Part shown: positions 59,697-64,000 of the stretch, piece after piece
Position numbering within the stretch: position 1 is the stretch's first letter
How the letters are laid out: every line of letters begins with the position of its first letter
Assembly: GCA_964387075.1 (NCBI GenBank)
Contig: CAYLVB010000012.1
Coordinates: 81,210-145,209, forward strand
DNA length: 64,000 bases
Direction of reading: 5' to 3'
Source of the DNA: an uncultured Flavobacteriaceae bacterium
GTDB lineage: Bacteria; Bacteroidota; Bacteroidia; B-17B0; Aurantibacillaceae
Program-made: the position numbers and the translations under genes
The notes under the pieces: model-generated
What the model was told of the DNA's origin: nothing
Seen by the model: only the letters and a program-made list of their open reading frames with translations
Database searches by the model: none

Positions 59697-60878
59697 ATGC
59701 ATTTAAGTAACCGACAACTTTTCTTACAACACGTGGCTCAAACGAGCCCTGCCCCGGTGGGACTGGAGATCGTTTCTGCGAATGGTGTTTATTTGAAGGA
59801 TGTGAACGGAAAGGAATACATCGATCTTATTTCCGGAATTTCGGTAAGTAACGTGGGGCATTGTCACCCCGAAGTTGTTGCTGCCATTGAAAAGCAAGCC
59901 AAAACCTATATGCACCTGATGGTGTATGGCGAGTACATTCAGAGTCCGCAGGTGGAATTGGCGCAGGCGTTGGTGAAACTATTGCCCAAGAAGCTCAGCA
60001 GTGTTTATTTTGTGAACTCGGGATCGGAAGCTACCGAAGGAGCGATGAAGCTATCGAAGCGCTTTACCGGTAGGAGTGAGATCATTTCCTGCAAGGATTC
60101 CTATCATGGAAGTACACAGGGAGCTTTAAGCATCATCGGTAACGAATTCTTCAAAACGAATTATCGTCCGCTTTTACCGGATACGAAGTATATTGCTTTT
60201 AACAGTGAAAAGGATCTCGAAGAGATTACTTCGAAAACTGCCTGCGTTATTGTAGAGACCATTCAAAGTGAAGCGGGAGTTATTGCTCCGAAGAATGATT
60301 GGTTAAAGAAATTAAGAGAGCGCTGTACAGAAACAGGAACCCTTCTTGTTTTTGATGAAGTGCAGGCGGGTTTCGGGAGGACAGGAACCTTCTTTGCTTT
60401 TGAGCAGTTCAATGTTGTGCCCGATATTTTACTTTTAGGAAAAGGAATGGGAGGGGGGATGCCCATTGGCGCTTTTGTGGCTTCGGCCGAGATCATGCAT
60501 GCATTAACGGATAATCCTGTTTTGGGCCACATGACAACCTTTGGTGGTCACCCGGTTTGTTGCGCGGCTTCTTTGGCTTGTTTGAACTTAATTTCAGGAA
60601 AGAAACTCTACGAGCGTGGGAAAAACATTGCAGCCATCATAAAAAAAGAACTAGTTCACCCTAAAATAAAGGAGATCCGTGCTTCGGGAGCTTTAATTGC
60701 CGTTGATTTTGGCGACGAGAAATACAATATGTCTGTCATCCACAATTGCATTGAGAACGGCGTTATTACCGATTGGTTCCTCTTCAACCCACAAAGTATG
60801 CGTATTGCTCCGCCGTTGACTATTACAGATGAGGAACTAAAGAAGGCTTGTGGGGTTATTTTGGGGGTGATTCAATAA
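59697..60878 (+). CDS. Class III PLP aminotransferase (acetylornithine aminotransferase-like)
   Basis: NSGSEA.EGA.K, YHG.T, FDEVQ.GFGRTG, GKGMGGG, TTFGG.P. Confidence 0.93.
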   Translation: MHLSNRQLFLQHVAQTSPAPVGLEIVSANGVYLKDVNGKEYIDLISGISVSNVGHCHPEVVAAIEKQAKTYMHLMVYGEYIQSPQVELAQALVKLLPKKLSSVYFVNSGSEATEGAMKLSKRFTGRSEIISCKDSYHGSTQGALSIIGNEFFKTNYRPLLPDTKYIAFNSEKDLEEITSKTACVIVETIQSEAGVIAPKNDWLKKLRERCTETGTLLVFDEVQAGFGRTGTFFAFEQFNVVPDILLLGKGMGGGMPIGAFVASAEIMHALTDNPVLGHMTTFGGHPVCCAASLACLNLISGKKLYERGKNIAAIIKKELVHPKIKEIRASGALIAVDFGDEKYNMSVIHNCIENGVITDWFLFNPQSMRIAPPLTITDEELKKACGVILGVIQ

Positions 60879-60967
60879 CGTTTGGCGACTACACGCCGTT
60901 TTTAGCTTGTCCAAGTTATGCATTTAGGCGTTAACACGCAAAAAATGGAGTGTAGTTGCGGTTAGCA
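60873..60967 (-). repeat. attC-like recombination site 1 (95 bp)
   Basis: Plus strand CAATAAC-GTTTG-GCGACTACACGCCGTTTTT...AAAAATGGAGTGTAGTTGC-G-GTTAGCA; arms 16/19 Watson-Crick plus 2 G.T. Confidence 0.8.
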
Positions 60968-61004
60968 CCTGTACGGCCGCACACAGTATTTGTCTAGCCA
61001 AACG

Positions 61005-61841
61005 TCAGACCAATTTAAATGTCTGAAAGAAGGCTTTGATGAATTTTTCGGAACCCAAGTAAAACTTGTCGGCACTATGCAACATCAACATATTTACATT
61101 TGTTGCAAAGGAGCCGTCAACGTCTTTGCGTATAATTTTGTTATAGAACGCTTTATTTCTAATGTCAATGCCGTTTTTGTCTTTGCCTTCATAAAAGACG
61201 CAACAATGTTTATTGTCAATCGGAACAATTATTGTGTGACCTATTTCAAATTGTTGTTGGTACTCATTGTTTCTCAAGTTGAATTCATTGTCAACGATAA
61301 GAACGGGGTTGTCGCTGGTAATAAATTGAGAAGTGTCCGTCAGTCGAAGAATTTTTACGACTTTAAATTCATGAGCCTCTAATAACGCTGGAACTATTTC
61401 CTTAACATGTGCGATTTTATAATCTTCTTTGATTTTGTCTAACTCAAAATGAAACTGTTCGGGAACATTTTTTAGGAACAAATCAAATTGTTTAGGAGTC
61501 CTAGCGTGAAGGGATAAAAAGAACATTAAAAGTTTGCTTCGCTGCAACATGTCAAACTGATTTGCAGTTGGGTCAACGAGTAAATTGTAAATGTCTGTGT
61601 ATTCATTTTCGACATGGTGAGCGTAAAATGTCGTTTCGACAACCATAGAATCATTTCCTCCGTCAATGGTGTAAAAGTCCTCAACGACTGTCGCACTTTT
61701 TAAGGAGATTGGTCTGTTAAGTTCTTTATTTCTCATGTCGGCGGACTGGCCCACGCGCTTGAATTTTCGGAAAATCTTTTTTCCGTCGTCCGAGAAATTT
61801 TTGAGGTAGCACCTAGGAGTCGTATGTTGGTCTTTTGTCAA
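61005..61841 (-). CDS. DUF4238 domain-containing protein (cassette cargo)
   Basis: N-terminal QHTTPRCYLKNF, SL..RTP, FITSDNPV, P...KHC; TTG start. Confidence 0.82.
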   Translation of the reverse strand: MTKDQHTTPRCYLKNFSDDGKKIFRKFKRVGQSADMRNKELNRPISLKSATVVEDFYTIDGGNDSMVVETTFYAHHVENEYTDIYNLLVDPTANQFDMLQRSKLLMFFLSLHARTPKQFDLFLKNVPEQFHFELDKIKEDYKIAHVKEIVPALLEAHEFKVVKILRLTDTSQFITSDNPVLIVDNEFNLRNNEYQQQFEIGHTIIVPIDNKHCCVFYEGKDKNGIDIRNKAFYNKIIRKDVDGSFATNVNMLMLHSADKFYLGSEKFIKAFFQTFKLV

Positions 61842-61881
61842 AGTCTTTTGTCTTAACGGAATGTCTGTCCGGCCATATTGG

Positions 61882-62065
61882 TACTAACGTTTGGCGACTA
61901 ATGGCCGTTGGGCTTTTGGAACACTCAACTTTCTTAACCGACAAAAGGTTATTTAAAGATACCAAACTTTATTAGCCGCCGCAAATTAAATTTCGCGAAG
62001 CGACCTTGTTAATAGCGCGCGGCGATGACCCGATTCCGCCCAATGGCCATTAGTTGCTGTTACCC
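61882..62065 (-). repeat. attC-like recombination site 2 (184 bp)
   Basis: Plus strand TACTAAC-GTTTG-GCGACTAATGGCCGTTGGGC...GCCCAATGGCCATTAGTTGC-T-GTTACCC; arms 18/20 plus 2 G.T. Confidence 0.82.
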
Positions 62066-62110
62066 CTTGTGCGCCACACAAAGGTTGTCATAGTATTCAA
62101 TTTAAAACAT

Positions 62111-62140
62111 TTTGTCATTCACATAAAAGGAGTAAATTTG
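62111..62140 (+). promoter_or_regulatory. Cassette-internal Bacteroidetes promoter
   Basis: TTTG (62111-62114), 18-nt spacer, TAAATTTG (62133-62140), 23 nt before ATG 62164. Confidence 0.55.
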
Positions 62141-62163
62141 ATATAAATAGCCTAACTCGGTTT

Positions 62164-63018
62164 ATGTCGTCATTAGCAGATTCAAGTTCAGTATTGCTGC
62201 CAGGAAAACTTCTGCCTCAGCATCAGACGGCTATTAGTTTGATAGTCGGCAAGCTTGAATCGCCTCAAGTCACTGATTTCATTTGGTTTGACCTTTGTTG
62301 CGGAAAAGGCCAGATACTTAATCAACTAAAAGGGAATATTTCAGTCAAAAATGTATCAAAAATACATTTCAAAGCTTTTGATATTAATAACGACGATATC
62401 AGGGTAAACGAGCAAATTGGAAAGTCAATAGGATTTAAATCATATGATTCAAAGGTTGGAGAAATAAGTGATTTTTCAACTTTGATTCCAGAAACTGAAA
62501 AGAAAGATTTTATTACTTGCATCAATAGTTTTCATGAAATAGATCCGATTCTAATACCAAAGGTTCTTCTGGAAAGTCTTATTCGTTTGACCGCGGATGG
62601 TATTTTGTTTATCTATGATATGGAGGATTTAGTTGATCAGGAGCTTGGAGCCATCACATGGAGTAGATCAGAGGTATTTGAAATAACAAGTGGTTTAATG
62701 AGCGCCATCGATGTTAGCGATTATACACCTGAACCTCAAGGATGGCCGCATTCGAAGACAACAGGATGGAGTGTTCAAATTCATAGAAGAAGTATTTCTA
62801 AAACTCTTGTATTTAATACGGAACAGAAAAATGAAATTTTGGCAAAATTGGAAAAACTTATATTTGAAATACTAGAGCGAAAAAAGAAACTTGCAATAGA
62901 AGCTTTAGAGTCTTTTACGGATAGTAATTCCGACACTAAGTCTGAGGAAAACCTTCAGGTAAAGTTCTTGTACGATTTTTGGGCTATTAACAGAATTTTA
63001 TCAAAGCATAAGAGATGA
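62164..63018 (+). CDS. Class I SAM-dependent methyltransferase-fold protein (cassette cargo)
   Basis: Motif I WFDLCCGKG, AFDIN, DFITCINSFHEI, L..DG.LFIYD; helical C-terminal extension. Confidence 0.8.
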   Translation: MSSLADSSSVLLPGKLLPQHQTAISLIVGKLESPQVTDFIWFDLCCGKGQILNQLKGNISVKNVSKIHFKAFDINNDDIRVNEQIGKSIGFKSYDSKVGEISDFSTLIPETEKKDFITCINSFHEIDPILIPKVLLESLIRLTADGILFIYDMEDLVDQELGAITWSRSEVFEITSGLMSAIDVSDYTPEPQGWPHSKTTGWSVQIHRRSISKTLVFNTEQKNEILAKLEKLIFEILERKKKLAIEALESFTDSNSDTKSEENLQVKFLYDFWAINRILSKHKR

Positions 63019-63833
63019 TGAAAATATTTTTTTCCATACCGCATGAACTAATCGAATTATTCGATCAAGTCAAAACAGAACTTGAAAACAAAGGGTATTT
63101 GGTTGTCAATAATTTCCGAGAAGAAGTATATTCTTCGTTTTCTGGTGAAACTGTTTCTTTTGTAAGTAATCACATTCTCAACGCCGATATAGTAGTAGGT
63201 GTTGACGTGAGAAATCCTTCCGTACTATTTGAATTGGGCGTTGCCTCTGGAAGTTCCAAAAAAATTATTATCATGGAACGCGACGAAAGTGATATCCCTA
63301 GTTTTTTAAAAGATTTTTATTATTTGCGTTGGAAGGATTCTATGTTTTTAGCAGAGCAAATTGACCATTTCATAAGAACGCAAATCAAAAGCACAGTTAA
63401 ATCAATCACTCCTGCTGAATTTCATAACCTGAGAGATTTAATTCGTGCATCCTCAGATTCTATTTCTGCTTTGGATAATGTAAGTCCTGTGGATTTTGAA
63501 TCACTTGTATTCGAATTTTTCAATACTAAAGGCTATGGACCTACTGAACTTCCTAGGAATGGTCTTGATTATGGTTATGATATGGTCTTATCGAATTATA
63601 AAGAATACAATAAAACCTTGGTAGAAATAAAAAAATATCGATCAAATCAAAGAATTTCTATCGCTCCAATTCAGCAACTGTTGGGTGCTGTATCAGCGTA
63701 CAAGGCAGATCATTCTATTTTGATAACGTCCTCTGGTTTTACTTCGTCAGCGATTTCTTTTTCAAACAAAATGGTCAGTCAAAAAGTTGAGCTTTGGGAT
63801 TTTGAAAAATTGAGGCAGGAAGTCTTGACGTAA
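63015..63833 (+). CDS. Fusion of an N-terminal nucleoside 2'-deoxyribosyltransferase (NDT)-like domain and a C-terminal Mrr-type restriction endonuclease domain
   Basis: N-terminal ILNADIVV...NPSVLFELGVA...KKII; C-terminal FESLV...GY...DYGYD...VEIKKY...ITSSGFT..A; ATGA overlap with the upstream gene. Confidence 0.8.
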   Translation: MMKIFFSIPHELIELFDQVKTELENKGYLVVNNFREEVYSSFSGETVSFVSNHILNADIVVGVDVRNPSVLFELGVASGSSKKIIIMERDESDIPSFLKDFYYLRWKDSMFLAEQIDHFIRTQIKSTVKSITPAEFHNLRDLIRASSDSISALDNVSPVDFESLVFEFFNTKGYGPTELPRNGLDYGYDMVLSNYKEYNKTLVEIKKYRSNQRISIAPIQQLLGAVSAYKADHSILITSSGFTSSAISFSNKMVSQKVELWDFEKLRQEVLT

Positions 63834-63853
63834 TTTTTTTCAGTCTGTCGTCC

Positions 63854-63890
63854 TGGCGCATTAGGGGTAACTACCTTATAGCATCAGTTT
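63854..63890 (-). other. Candidate attI-like (primary) recombination site
   Basis: Minus strand GATGCTATAAGGTA-G/TTACCCC: GTT core with no attC hairpin on the outer side. Confidence 0.5.
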
Positions 63891-64000
63891 TTTCCTTCCT
63901 ATCCTGCTGTTTTAGCAAGATAACAGCCAGTATATTGCGCTTTTCGGTATAATCAAAAATAGGCAATTTTTGGCAAATAAAAAAAACGATAAGTTTTTGG

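Larger units (their letters stand above)
60873..63890 (-). mobile_element. Integron-like gene cassette array (2 cassettes, attC-like sites, candidate attI); integrase not in window
   Basis: Two hairpins of identical architecture bounded by TAAC/GTTA, complementary cassette ends, AT-rich cargo. Confidence 0.8.

Noticed and set aside
60990..61382. 130-aa plus-strand ORF antisense to DUF4238 as an antitoxin
   Set aside because: Shadow ORF with a TTG start and no motif; typical antisense open frame.
60873..62065. The repeated TAACGTTTGGCGACTA as a CRISPR repeat or IS terminal repeat
   Set aside because: Only two copies about 1 kb apart with a whole gene between them; no cas or transposase gene; the architecture fits attC-like hairpins.
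62164..63833. Calling the pair a classical type II restriction-modification system
   Set aside because: The methyltransferase lacks DNA-MTase catalytic motifs (DPPY/NPPY/SPPY or PC), and the nuclease is Mrr-type with an extra N-terminal domain.
1..64000. tRNA/rRNA genes, integrase, transposase, prophage genes
   Set aside because: None recognisable in this window. The many long antisense ORFs in the track are shadows of real genes.

Overview
Chromosomal window from a Bacteroidota (Bacteroidetes) bacterium, judged from T9SS cargo and PorP/PorE-type genes, TAnnTTTG promoters and a fused E1 alpha/beta dehydrogenase. Most of it is housekeeping and envelope DNA: ABC transporter, T9SS modules, purL, rpsT, nbaC, dapA, a TamL/BamA-family gene, and a wzx/wzz/O-antigen ligase cluster. 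Two AT-rich accessory regions stand out. (1) 60873-63890 is an integron-like cassette array read on the minus strand. It has two attC-like hairpins and a candidate attI. Each cassette's two ends are complementary to each other, and the predicted empty site overlaps the stop codon of an aminotransferase gene. Cargo is a DUF4238 protein and a self-promoted operon of a SAM methyltransferase plus an NDT-like/Mrr-nuclease fusion, a candidate new anti-phage system. No integrase lies in the window. (2) About 32966-36270 is a foreign island with a membrane protein and a DUF4209/HEPN-motif protein. It sits between the 5' (CheB) and 3' (HATPase) remnants of a destroyed hybrid kinase gene. Smaller observations: tandem TPR membrane sensors lacking their output domain, a 1-bp frameshift in a T9SS cargo gene, REP-like repeats read in frame as protein N-termini, an unannotated 51-aa ORF with its own promoter, a sigma54 promoter and a pseudoknot-capable intergenic element. 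All family calls come from motif recognition by eye; no database searches were run.
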